Position numbers and translations under genes: made by a program. From positions 3,355-67,354 of the forward strand of contig CACBDG010000007.1 in the NCBI GenBank assembly GCA_902537945.1: a DNA stretch of 64,000 bases, given 5' to 3'. Positions 49,070 to 58,455 of this stretch are shown here, in pieces. Numbering within the stretch: the first letter of the stretch is position 1; every line of letters begins with the position of its first letter. Below the pieces are notes generated by a model. The model was not told the DNA's origin and did no database searches. It was given only the letters and a program-made list of their open reading frames with translations. Origin of the DNA: an uncultured SAR116 cluster alpha proteobacterium (GTDB lineage Bacteria > Pseudomonadota > Alphaproteobacteria > Puniceispirillales > Marisalimonadaceae).

Positions 49070-51307
49070 ATGCCTTATCACAATTACAAAATAAATTCTA
49101 TGGGCTCCGCTAGAATTGAACCTAGAGGTTCATTTGAAGTTGGTTCTTGGCAAGAGTTAAAGTTGATTTACAAAGTAGGTAAGTTTGGAATTGATGATTG
49201 GGGTGGAATATCAATAGGTTTAAGACCACATTTTGATGGAAGTAAGCTTCAAAAAAATAACCCCGACCAAGAAGGTTATATAACTGTAGAAACATCTAAT
49301 AAAGATCCAATTGAGTTTGAAATAGAAACTAGAAGATTAATTAGACCTAGAATGAAGAGTATTTTTATTAGATGTTTAAGGTTTCTTAGAGAAAACGATG
49401 AAATTATTGTTAGGATTGGAGACAGACGTTTTGGGTCACCAGGAATAAGAATGCAAACTTTTTGTGAAAAAATTTTTGATTTTAAAGTTTTAGTTGACCC
49501 TTTTGCAACTCAAGATTATATCCCCTTACCAGAAGGAAAAAACCCATACATATCTATAATTCCTTCAAATGGTATACATTGGAAAATAATTGCTCCTTCA
49601 TTAAAAAGAACCAAAAATTATTTTAGAATTTCAATTAAATGTGAAGACAAATGGGGAAATCCATCAAATAAAATTAACGATGAATTATATTTTTCAACAA
49701 ATCAAAAAATTAAAAATTTGCCAGATAAAGTAGTTTTTAAAATTGGTGAATTTGCAAAAACCTTAGATAAGCTAATGGTAGAAGAAGAATGTTGTTTCAA
49801 AATATTTCTTAAAAATAAAAAAGGGAAAATACTAGCTAAATCAAATCAAATTACGATAGAGGATCGTAAATATGAGCATTTCTGGAGTGACATGCATGGT
49901 CAAAGTAAAGAAACTATAGGAACTAATTCTGCAAAAGATTATTTTGATTTTGCTAGAAACAAATCCTTTTTAGATATTTGTGGACATCAAGGAAATGACT
50001 TTCAAATTACAGATGATTTCTGGAAAGAATTAAATGTTTTGACAAAAAATTATAATGAGGATGGAAGATTTCTAGCTTTACCTGGATATGAATGGTCAGG
50101 AAATACTGCTGTAGGAGGAGATCATAACGTTTGGTACATTAAAGAAGGTAGACCAATTTACAGGTCTAGTAGAGCACAAATTTATGATAATAAAGGAGAA
50201 GAAAATGATGCTCACACTTCAAAAGAGTTAATTAAAAAATTAAGAAATGAAGATGCTATGGTTGTGGCTCATGTGGGTGGAAGATATGCAGACATTACTT
50301 ATGCCTACAATGCAAAATTAGAACCATCCGTAGAGATTCATTCCGCCTGGGGTACATTTGAGTGGATGCTAGAAGACGCATTCAAACAAAATTACAGAGT
50401 TGGGGTTGTAGCTGCAAGTGACGGACACAAAGGTAGACCCGGCGCAAGTTTTCCAGGTGACAGTCTTTTCGGGTCATATGGAGGATTAACCTGCCACTTA
50501 TTAAAAAAGTTAGACAGAAAAAATCTATTTAAAGAATTTAGATCAAGACACCATTATGCAACTACAGGGGAAAGAATATTTTTAGATGTAAATGCTTCTT
50601 TTAAATCAAATTCCCAATTATTAAAAGATTACAATGATGAAGTAGTAAGCGAAAAAAAACAATTTTTAATGGGAGATGCTATTAAAACAAGTGATAAATC
50701 GTTTAATATTCATATAATTGTAAAAGGCACATCCCCATTAGAAAACGTAAAAATTTTTGATGGTTTGAAATTAGTTGAAAACATAAACCCTTTTAAAAAT
50801 TCAAATAAAAAAAGAATTAGAATTACATGTTCAGGACAACATTATAGGGGAAGAGGTCGATTGGTTCAGTGGGTATGTAAATCTAAAATAACAAAAGGAA
50901 GAATTTTAAAAATAAAAGATATAAATTTTTGGAATCCAAATAGAAAGCCAATATTATTAAGTGACAAAGAGTTGAAATGGAAAGCTGTCACGACAGGAGG
51001 TTTTTCATCATGTGATATATGGGTTGATGAAATGGCGTTAACTGGTTCGTTGAAAATAAATACTAATTTTGAAAATATATCAGTAAAATTAAAAGATATA
51101 ATCACTAAGGAAAGAACATTTAATTTTGGTGGTATGGATATAAAATTAAATATAAAATGCTTACCTGAAAAATTAAATAAATCATTATTCATATTCAAAA
51201 AAGAATTTGATTTAATTAAAAATAAAGAAGCAAAATTTTATGTAAAGGTTACTCAAGAAAATGGACATCAAGCATGGTCTAGTCCTATTTATATCAAAAG
51301 GAAATAA
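49070..51307 (+). CDS. DUF3604-like PHP-fold metallohydrolase
   Basis: WSDMHGQS, GYEWS, GDHNV, AHVGG, EIHSAWG, SDGHKGRPG, YATTG, AWSSPI. Confidence 0.8.
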   Translation: MPYHNYKINSMGSARIEPRGSFEVGSWQELKLIYKVGKFGIDDWGGISIGLRPHFDGSKLQKNNPDQEGYITVETSNKDPIEFEIETRRLIRPRMKSIFIRCLRFLRENDEIIVRIGDRRFGSPGIRMQTFCEKIFDFKVLVDPFATQDYIPLPEGKNPYISIIPSNGIHWKIIAPSLKRTKNYFRISIKCEDKWGNPSNKINDELYFSTNQKIKNLPDKVVFKIGEFAKTLDKLMVEEECCFKIFLKNKKGKILAKSNQITIEDRKYEHFWSDMHGQSKETIGTNSAKDYFDFARNKSFLDICGHQGNDFQITDDFWKELNVLTKNYNEDGRFLALPGYEWSGNTAVGGDHNVWYIKEGRPIYRSSRAQIYDNKGEENDAHTSKELIKKLRNEDAMVVAHVGGRYADITYAYNAKLEPSVEIHSAWGTFEWMLEDAFKQNYRVGVVAASDGHKGRPGASFPGDSLFGSYGGLTCHLLKKLDRKNLFKEFRSRHHYATTGERIFLDVNASFKSNSQLLKDYNDEVVSEKKQFLMGDAIKTSDKSFNIHIIVKGTSPLENVKIFDGLKLVENINPFKNSNKKRIRITCSGQHYRGRGRLVQWVCKSKITKGRILKIKDINFWNPNRKPILLSDKELKWKAVTTGGFSSCDIWVDEMALTGSLKINTNFENISVKLKDIITKERTFNFGGMDIKLNIKCLPEKLNKSLFIFKKEFDLIKNKEAKFYVKVTQENGHQAWSSPIYIKRK

Positions 51308-51321
51308 AAATTTATAAGGGG

Positions 51322-51387
51322 CAGCTATTTAGAGTACCAGACTTAGAAGCTAAAGGGTCATGAATAACAATCTTCTTAAACACACAA
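51322..51387 (+). repeat. Degenerate att copy of tRNA-Arg
   Basis: About 46 of 65 positions match the tRNA/attR sequence by manual alignment (CAGCT, TAGAG, AGACT, GGGTCA, AATCTTCT, CAC). Confidence 0.65.
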
Positions 51388-51621
51388 TTTTTATCTTACA
51401 CACTCAAAAATGAGGAATTTTATATCAATAATAGTTGACAAAAAAGTTTAAAATATCTTTTAACAATGGGGTGGCATGTGTAATTAAATAAAATGGTAAA
51501 AAAAGCATGTACAACGGAATTAGATTAGATGATTGTCTTATAATTTTACATAATGAAACCATTCCTAACCAAATTAAACACAAACCATCTAATATTTTTC
51601 TTTTTATTTAAAGTAATATTT

Positions 51622-51768
51622 TTACGCCAAACTATAAATAAAAGGCGATAATACAGTTCCTTGTGTTATAATTAAAAAAGAACCTAACAATAACATGACG
51701 ATTATGAAAGGTATTAACCACAATTTTTTATTCTTAAATAAATATCTAATAAGATCAAAAATAATTAT
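51622..51768 (-). CDS. DUF5989-like small membrane protein; probable ATA start
   Basis: IIFDLIRYLFKNKKLWLIPFIIVMLLLGSFLIITQGTVLSPFIYSLA, matching the KKxWLxP...PFIY pattern; GAAGGT 6 nt upstream of ATA. Confidence 0.65.
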   Translation of the reverse strand: MIIFDLIRYLFKNKKLWLIPFIIVMLLLGSFLIITQGTVLSPFIYSLA

Positions 51769-52053
51769 TTTAATACCTTCATAAAATAATTCACATTATA
51801 TTAACATAAACAATTTTCTTAGATTAAATAAAATTACTATGATTGTATTAAATTATAATAAGAAGACTTTCAATAAGATATTTTAGATAGAAGAAGCTAG
51901 TTAAATATAAATTAAATTTAAAAAAAATGCTGTTTTTAAATTACAATAATCTTAAGAAAAGAATAAAAATCCTTTAATTTTTTAAAAATAGCTGCCAAAT
52001 TATATTATGTATTGAAGAGATTATTTTGGTTATTTTTAAGTTTAGGATCGTAG

Positions 52054-52146
52054 ATGAATAAATGGGGAATTATTTTAATAATTTTATTTGTTTTATTTGT
52101 TTTTTTTCCAACTATGTCATATTGGGTTAATCAGTGGAGTTTTTAA
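52054..52146 (+). CDS. 30-aa single-TM peptide
   Basis: MNKWGIILIILFVLFVFFPTMSYWVNQWSF; AGGA RBS. Confidence 0.45.
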   Translation: MNKWGIILIILFVLFVFFPTMSYWVNQWSF

Positions 52147-52149
52147 AAA

Positions 52150-52383
52150 ATGTTTAAGTTAAATAGTTTTTGTAAAGAGTGTTTTGATCCACATAAAATT
52201 GTTTGGAGTTGTAAAAAAAACTATTTCGATAAAAATTGGACTTACCTTTGTGGTAATTGCATAAGATATTATAAGCATTTAAATGGGGAAGATTTTAGAT
52301 CTCAATTCCAAAACATAAAATCTTTTATAAAGTGTCATTTACATTTAAAGGAAATAGAACTTCCATATTATGAATCAAATTAA
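52150..52383 (+). CDS. Small Cys-rich hypothetical protein
   Basis: CKEC...CGNC pairs. Confidence 0.45.
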   Translation: MFKLNSFCKECFDPHKIVWSCKKNYFDKNWTYLCGNCIRYYKHLNGEDFRSQFQNIKSFIKCHLHLKEIELPYYESN

Positions 52384-52391
52384 ATGATATT

Positions 52392-52682
52392 ATGGAAAAT
52401 ATAATTTTTAAAATATTTATATTTTGTATGTTTATAATTTTAGGAGTTTTAATTTTCGGTTTAATACGATGTTTTTTTCAAAAAGCAAAATTATGTTACC
52501 AACACAACGAATGGCAAATTAGAATATTAATTATATTTCCAATAAGTGCTCTAATAATAATACCTTGGTTACTTGTTGAAACTTTAATTTCGAAAGGTTG
52601 TGCAGAACTAATTATTGCAATCATATTAGGGTCTATTGGATCTCACTATATTTTTGGAAATGAAGAAAAAAACGAAATTTAA
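52392..52682 (+). CDS. Hypothetical membrane protein
   Basis: Three hydrophobic segments. Confidence 0.5.
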   Translation: MENIIFKIFIFCMFIILGVLIFGLIRCFFQKAKLCYQHNEWQIRILIIFPISALIIIPWLLVETLISKGCAELIIAIILGSIGSHYIFGNEEKNEI

Positions 52683-52978
52683 AATAGTTAATTACATACC
52701 ATGCAGTTATGACGCATAGTTATTGTTCAAGATGTAATCTTCTTTTCAAAAGGTTGTTTTACTGTAAATACTAAAAAAATGATAATGATTATTTTTTTTA
52801 TGTGCTCAATGTGTATTTGAGTGGAGAAAAATTTTTAAAAAAACATTTAAATTAAAATCTGGAAAGTTTGTTTCAATTGGTTTGTTCAAATCTAGGAAAA
52901 AAAGAAGTATTTTTAAATCCTAACCAAAAATATCGAATATTCTTTACCTCTAATTTTAAATTTGATTAAAATAACAAT

Positions 52979-53341
52979 ATGACAAAAGCTATAAATTTAT
53001 ATTCCAAATTAGATAAATTTCACGATTACTGGTCTCCAAAAGTAATAGCTGAAATGAATAATTATCAATTTAAATTAGTAAAAATTAAAGGTGATTTTAT
53101 AAATCATCATCATTCAGACACTGATGAAGTTTTCATTGTAATCAAAGGAAGTATGAAAATTGAGTTTAACACAGAAATTTTAGAAGTTAATGAAGGTGAA
53201 ATGATAGTAGTGCCTAAAGGTGTAGATCATAAACCATCTGCAGAAAATGAATGTCACGTTATGTTGGTAGAACCAAAAGGAGTATTAAATACAGGTAATA
53301 TTGAAGGGGATTTGACTGCTCCCAATGATAAGTGGATTTAA
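52979..53341 (+). CDS. Cupin domain protein
   Basis: HHHSDTDEVF, VVPKGVDHKP, NTGN. Confidence 0.9.
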   Translation: MTKAINLYSKLDKFHDYWSPKVIAEMNNYQFKLVKIKGDFINHHHSDTDEVFIVIKGSMKIEFNTEILEVNEGEMIVVPKGVDHKPSAENECHVMLVEPKGVLNTGNIEGDLTAPNDKWI

Positions 53342-53344
53342 ACA

Positions 53345-53926
53345 ATGATTTCAGTTTATATAAAATTCTTTTTGATTATTATTTTTACATTTTTAATTTT
53401 TTTGATAATAAGTGCCGCTCACTCTGAAAACATGAGTGATTTAATTTGAAAAAATGGAATTTATTACAAAAAATCAACAAATTCTTCTTTTAGTGGTAAA
53501 ATTAATGGTAATATTAAAGGCTTAATCACAAATGGAAAGAAAGAAGGTACATGGGTTAGATATTACAATAATGGACAATTATTTTCGGTATCAAATTATA
53601 AAAAAGGAAGAAAAAATGGTGCCTGGATTACTTACAACAATGAAGGTCATTTAATTGAAAAAGGTCAATATAAAAATGATCTTGAAGAAGGTCTATGGAT
53701 ACGTCTATTTAAAAATGGGATAATCAACTATAAAGGTAAATTTAAAAATGGAAAAAAATCAGGCTCTTGGATTGCTTATCATTATAATGGACAATTAAAA
53801 TTTAAAGGTAATTATAAAAACGGTTTAAAGGAAGGCTATTGGGAGTATTTTTCTAAGTCTGGTTATTTATATGAAGATTACTCTGGTGAGTTCAGAAATA
53901 ATAAAAAAGTCAGTAGTCAAATATGA
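53345..53926 (+). pseudogene. MORN-variant repeat (YwqK-like) secreted protein with an in-frame TGA
   Basis: Signal peptide MISVYIKFFLIIIFTFLIFLIISAAHS, TGA at 53447-53449, then an open frame with repeated NGKKEGTWVRYYNNGQL-type units; absent from ORF track. Confidence 0.8.
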
Positions 53927-53947
53927 ATAAACATCATCAATTTTATT

Positions 53948-54193
53948 TCAGCTGACAATTCCTCTTAACATTGAAAGTAATGGAATTATTTTAGATGCAA
54001 TAGTTTGAAATAGAGCTATAGGATTAATTCCAAATCTTGGCAAAATGAAGAATATCATTACTACGATTAATAATGTTAACATAATTGGAATAAGGAGCTT
54101 AGTACTTCCGTTTTGTCTTTTAGACATGAATAAATTAAATACAAAGTAAGTAATCGAAAAAATTATAGCTAGAAAAATGATGACTTTTAGCAT
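53948..54193 (-). CDS. Small membrane protein
   Basis: Two TM segments; LPRFGINP. Confidence 0.6.
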   Translation of the reverse strand: MLKVIIFLAIIFSITYFVFNLFMSKRQNGSTKLLIPIMLTLLIVVMIFFILPRFGINPIALFQTIASKIIPLLSMLRGIVS

Positions 54194-54435
54194 TTATTAA
54201 GCTTATGCTTATTAGAGTAGGTTTGGTTTTTTTGAAAAGTGCTTAGACAATATTTTTTTTACGTTGCCTTTAATTTTAGAGTAATTCCAAATACATACAA
54301 ATGAAGTTAATGCTAAAATAAAAGTAGAAAAGAAACTTGTTGAAGAAATTATGCACATATGTATTTTTTAAATTAGGAATAAAAATTTTTCAAGCTAAAT
54401 TTAAAAATTATATATTTTTAATTAAATTTTATTTC

Positions 54436-54984
54436 TTATTTTCCATAAATTTCTGTCAATGATGGATTATTGTTTTTTGGATTATTTACATCCATTGAAA
54501 CACGATAAAAATTTATATTATTGTTTGCTTTACTATTGAAAATATCATTTCCTAATAGGAATGATGAAATTTCATATTCTTCTAATAAAACAGGTTGTCT
54601 GTGATGTATATGATTTATTTGATCAACGGAATTTCTTGTCAATATTAAACAACCAATCTCATTATATAGACCAGCAAAAAAATTAGTTTGGGAAAAGTGA
54701 TAATAAGGTATTTTTTTATTATCTTTTCTTTGCCACTCATACCAACCATTGTTAAAAATTATACATCTCTTTGCATTTTTAAATGATGGTTTTTGATTCA
54801 TAGTTTCAGAACGACAATTAATTAAGTTCATATCTTGTTTCCATAATGGAGAATATGACCATTTCATTAACTGAGATTTTTCTTTAGTTTTTACTGGTAC
54901 TAATTGTGAGGGGCATATATTATATGATAAGTCATATTCTAAATTGAATGCATTTTTTGACGATATAACAAATCTTCCACACAT
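54436..54984 (-). CDS. SRAP/YedK (HMCES) abasic-site processing protein
   Basis: True start MCGRF (catalytic N-terminal Cys); YNICPSQ, INCRSET, GWYEW, HIHHRQP. Confidence 0.9.
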   Translation of the reverse strand: MCGRFVISSKNAFNLEYDLSYNICPSQLVPVKTKEKSQLMKWSYSPLWKQDMNLINCRSETMNQKPSFKNAKRCIIFNNGWYEWQRKDNKKIPYYHFSQTNFFAGLYNEIGCLILTRNSVDQINHIHHRQPVLLEEYEISSFLLGNDIFNSKANNNINFYRVSMDVNNPKNNNPSLTEIYGK

Positions 54985-55092
54985 CTTAATAGAATAACTC
55001 ATTCTATTCAAAACTAGTAAACAAAAAAAAATTAATTAATAATTATATTAAAGATTAAAAAATTAATGTTTATGTTGTTCTGAGTTAAACCT

Positions 55093-55470
55093 TTGCTTGC
55101 TGATATTATTTTAATTTTACATTTTCTTGTCGTAATTTTTATTACTGTTGGTTTTTTATTGGTACCTATTGGTTATTATTATGATTGGAGTTGGATAAAA
55201 AACTTTAAATTAAGGTTATTTCATTTTGGTCTGATGTTTATAGTGACATTCGAAACTCTTGTTGGCATAACTTGTCCATTAACCTCTATTGAAAATTATC
55301 TTCGAGGAATAAATAATAGTAAATTTTTTATTTCTTTTTGGATTGAAAAGATTATTTACTGGGACTTCCCAACTAGTTTTTTTATGGTTTTATATTTTGT
55401 ATTTTTAGGATGGACCTTTTTGATGTGGAAGATTTATCCTCCAAAGTTTAAGGACAGTTATTTAAAATAA
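55093..55470 (+). CDS. DUF2784-like membrane protein
   Basis: LADIILILHF, CPLTSIENYLR. Confidence 0.8.
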   Translation: MLADIILILHFLVVIFITVGFLLVPIGYYYDWSWIKNFKLRLFHFGLMFIVTFETLVGITCPLTSIENYLRGINNSKFFISFWIEKIIYWDFPTSFFMVLYFVFLGWTFLMWKIYPPKFKDSYLK

Positions 55471-55517
55471 TTTATCATAAATATTGGATTAAAAACTTTA
55501 ACAAATAAGAGATTAAT

Positions 55518-55691
55518 ATGGATTTTAAATATGCTCAAAGTTGGTTACTTGGAATTGTTTGTTTTGTATATGGAATTTATAGAGTTATAGGTGGATCGGA
55601 TGAATCTTTTAATTGGGTAGACGCTGCAGCTATTTTTGGATTTTGCTATTCAGTTTATGTTACCCAACTAAAAAAATCTGAAGATGATTAA
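55518..55691 (+). CDS. Small two-TM protein (57 aa, absent from ORF track)
   Basis: MDFKYAQSWLLGIVCFVYGIYRVIGG...AIFGFCYSVYVTQ; similar to 58456-58641. Confidence 0.65.
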   Translation: MDFKYAQSWLLGIVCFVYGIYRVIGGSDESFNWVDAAAIFGFCYSVYVTQLKKSEDD

Positions 55692-55757
55692 ATAAATACA
55701 AGGTAACGTATTTTTATACATAATATGCATAAATATGTATATAATAAATTTATTATA

Positions 55758-55952
55758 TTAATTTTTTTTCAATAAGTTTTTAATGCTGTTTAAAAGTTGT
55801 TGATTATCGTCTTTATACTTAAATTTTATTAATGCAATTTTATCATCAATATTATTAGTTTTTTTCAGATAAGAGTTAAATAAATCGCTTTTCTTAGATT
55901 TTAGTTTTGCTTCAGCTTTAAATTTATTAAGCTTATCATTTTCTTTATTCAT
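55758..55952 (-). CDS. Small hypothetical protein
   Basis: 64-aa ORF with GAGG RBS. Confidence 0.55.
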   Translation of the reverse strand: MNKENDKLNKFKAEAKLKSKKSDLFNSYLKKTNNIDDKIALIKFKYKDDNQQLLNSIKNLLKKN

Positions 55953-56049
55953 AAATTATCGTACCTCATGTCAGTTTTTAAAATAAATTAGAACTTGAAA
56001 AATTTTATTACTCTTTACGTTAAGCTATTAATCAGTTTAAGATTTACAT

Positions 56050-56382
56050 ATGATAAAAGATAAATTTTGCTTTGTATATGTAACAGTTGAAAATTTTGAG
56101 CAAGCAGAGCTAATTGCCGAACTTGCGATTAAAGACAAATTAGTTGCATGCGCAAATATTTTTCCAGAGTCTCATTCCATGTTTGAATGGAAAGGAGAAG
56201 TTAAATTGGAAAAGGAAACAGTTTTAATATTAAAAACATTGGTTAATAAATATGATTTACTTGAAAAGTTAATAATTAAAAATCATGTATACGAAACACC
56301 ATGTATATTAAAGATAGATGTTTCTAAGGGGCATAAAGATTTTTTAAAATGGGTTGAAACTTCTGTAAGTCTATCTGATTAG
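56050..56382 (+). CDS. cutA: Divalent-cation tolerance protein CutA
   Basis: KLVACANI, WKGEV..EKE, HVYETPCI. Confidence 0.9.
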   Translation: MIKDKFCFVYVTVENFEQAELIAELAIKDKLVACANIFPESHSMFEWKGEVKLEKETVLILKTLVNKYDLLEKLIIKNHVYETPCILKIDVSKGHKDFLKWVETSVSLSD

Positions 56383-56414
56383 AATGTATAAATTACATAT
56401 GAAAAATATATCTA

Positions 56415-56837
56415 TTGAAAAATATATCTATTTTTTTAATGATTTCGTTTATGTCTATTTCAATAGGTTATGCTTTTGAAAAAATAATCTTGGAAGACTA
56501 TATCAATTTTTTTGCATGGGAAAAAAGGATAGTCCTTTTTATTTCAAAATCAAAATACATTTATTTCATAAATGAAACCGATAATTTTTTTAAAAAAAAC
56601 AAGTATGAGAATGATAATAGAAATTTAAAGTATATTCGAATAGTAGGCGATGAAGTAAAAAAATATAATATTTCAGAAAAATTTAAAAACAAATATGGTA
56701 TGTGGTTGATTGGTTATGACGGTCAAATAAAATCATATTCATCAGATATCTCATTATTAAGAGAAATTTATAATATTGTAGACAAAATGCCTTTAAGGAA
56801 AAAAGAAATATTGGAACAAAAAATAAAATGTGATTAA
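56415..56837 (+). CDS. DUF4174-like secreted protein
   Basis: WEKRIVL, LIGYDGQIK, VDKMPLRKKE. Confidence 0.7.
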   Translation: MKNISIFLMISFMSISIGYAFEKIILEDYINFFAWEKRIVLFISKSKYIYFINETDNFFKKNKYENDNRNLKYIRIVGDEVKKYNISEKFKNKYGMWLIGYDGQIKSYSSDISLLREIYNIVDKMPLRKKEILEQKIKCD

Positions 56838-56921
56838 TAAATTTAGGTTTATAGTTGAATAAAATAAAAAAATTACCAAATATCTTATAACGAAATCAAA
56901 ACATCTGCCATACTCAACAAA

Positions 56922-57599
56922 ATGATATTTTATATAACATTACTTCTAGTACTATCAATCGCCCCAATGATTTGGCTAAATTACGTATTTACTAAAAATG
57001 ACAAAATTCTAATAAATATGCCTTTTACTGGATTAGAGTTTGGCAAAATTATTCTTAATGAGCTTGGCTTAAATGATGTTAAAATTGAAAAATCTTTAAG
57101 TATAGATCATTATGATCTTAGTGAAAAAAAAGTAAAAGTTTCAGAAAATCGTCTTTCTAGGAAAAGTCTTACTGCAATATCAATTGTCTGCCACGAAATT
57201 GGTCATGCAATGCAACATCATGAAAAATATAAACCTCTTGAACAGAGGACAAGCCTTGTTAAGAATACAGCTTGGATCTCACAGCTGGGCAGCGGGTTAT
57301 TACTAATGGGTATACCAACAATCTTTGCGACTGGTTCTTATTCATTAATAAAAGTATGTCTAATATTAATATTATTGTCACTTATAATAGGTGTAATAAT
57401 TCATTTAATAACTTTAGAAGTTGAATTAGATGCTAGTTTTAATAGAGCTTTGCCAATAATTAAAAGTAAAGTTCCAAAAGAGTATCACGATGCTTGTCAA
57501 TCTATTCTTAAAGCTGCTGCTTTTACCTATGTTGTTGGAGTTATAAGAAACTTTGTTTCTCTGAGATTTATTTGGTTATTACTTTCAAGAATTAGATAA
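56922..57599 (+). CDS. Putative neutral zinc metallopeptidase (YugP-like)
   Basis: DHYD, HEIGH (HExxH), EVELDASFNRA, AAAFTYV. Confidence 0.88.
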   Translation: MIFYITLLLVLSIAPMIWLNYVFTKNDKILINMPFTGLEFGKIILNELGLNDVKIEKSLSIDHYDLSEKKVKVSENRLSRKSLTAISIVCHEIGHAMQHHEKYKPLEQRTSLVKNTAWISQLGSGLLLMGIPTIFATGSYSLIKVCLILILLSLIIGVIIHLITLEVELDASFNRALPIIKSKVPKEYHDACQSILKAAAFTYVVGVIRNFVSLRFIWLLLSRIR

Positions 57600-57601
57600 T
57601 T

Positions 57602-57796
57602 ATGACTAATAAAAAACAAAAATATATTATTACGCTTTTAGTAGATAATAGAGAATGGAACAGCCAACCTATAGAGGGAGAATTGGGTAACCTTCAGAGT
57701 ATAATTGATGAAGCATTAGAACAACACAGAATTTCTAGATTTTTTACGATTAGACCAAAGCACGTAGAATTTAAAAGAGCAACGTTACTAAAATAA
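57602..57796 (+). CDS. Small hypothetical protein
   Basis: 64-aa ORF coupled to the upstream gene. Confidence 0.6.
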   Translation: MTNKKQKYIITLLVDNREWNSQPIEGELGNLQSIIDEALEQHRISRFFTIRPKHVEFKRATLLK

Positions 57797-57807
57797 ATAT
57801 ATTTGAT

Positions 57808-58350
57808 TTAATCTATAAAATTAATTTCTTTAATATAAATATCTGCTGAGTGATCTCTCCCAAATGCAACAACTCCTACAGATGTAATATTTTCAGGAAT
57901 AATTTGTTTAGATAAGAAAACACTAGACCTTTTAAATTTATTAATTGGTAATTTAAATATTTTGAAATCATCAACAACTTTAAAACTAATTTGATAATAT
58001 TGCCACGGTAGTAAAGTTCCAGACGTTCTCAAGTGAATAAAATAATTTTGATGATTACCTTTTGCAGTTATCTCTATAAATTTTGCGCCCTTTAAACTTG
58101 ATTTTTCAAGTTTTCTTCTAATCTGAATGAAGCCTCCCTTGTTTTCTGTGGAAACGTTTCCAGTCAAACGTGCATACAAATTATTATTAATATTTATAAA
58201 TTCAACTTTACCCGAAGACATGCCACCCATTACTTGATCTGAAATGAATTGCCACTTATTTGGATCTTCGAAATTGTCTTTAAATATCGTATTACCTATT
58301 GCTTCTTGGATTATAATAAGGAAAAGAATAACAAATTTAAAAATATTCAT
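57808..58350 (-). CDS. CIA30 family protein
   Basis: WQFISDQVMGGMS, VSTENKGGF. Confidence 0.88.
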   Translation of the reverse strand: MNIFKFVILFLIIIQEAIGNTIFKDNFEDPNKWQFISDQVMGGMSSGKVEFININNNLYARLTGNVSTENKGGFIQIRRKLEKSSLKGAKFIEITAKGNHQNYFIHLRTSGTLLPWQYYQISFKVVDDFKIFKLPINKFKRSSVFLSKQIIPENITSVGVVAFGRDHSADIYIKEINFID

Positions 58351-58455
58351 ATTAAATAAGCAAATTACGTTTTATAGTGATAGTTGTCTAATTTTATTAG
58401 TAAAAAAAGTTTATCAATATTTTGATTAAATAAAACTTAAATATATTGGAAAAAA

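Larger units (their letters stand above)
48062..51387. mobile_element. Island 3: decayed relative of island 1
   Basis: 48062-48219 is a diverged copy of 37169-37326 (IHF site, arm site, RBS, integrase 5' end); right end is a degenerate tRNA-Arg copy at 51322-51387. Confidence 0.7.

Noticed and set aside
53447-53449. Stop-codon reassignment or selenocysteine/pyrrolysine read-through (also TAG 40091, TGA 48172)
   Set aside because: TGA and TAG end normal genes here (integrase TGA; dapD and argB TAG), Trp is encoded by TGG, and the three cases are isolated lesions in accessory genes
54436-54984. SRAP gene as evidence of a prophage
   Set aside because: No structural, replication or lysis phage genes in the window
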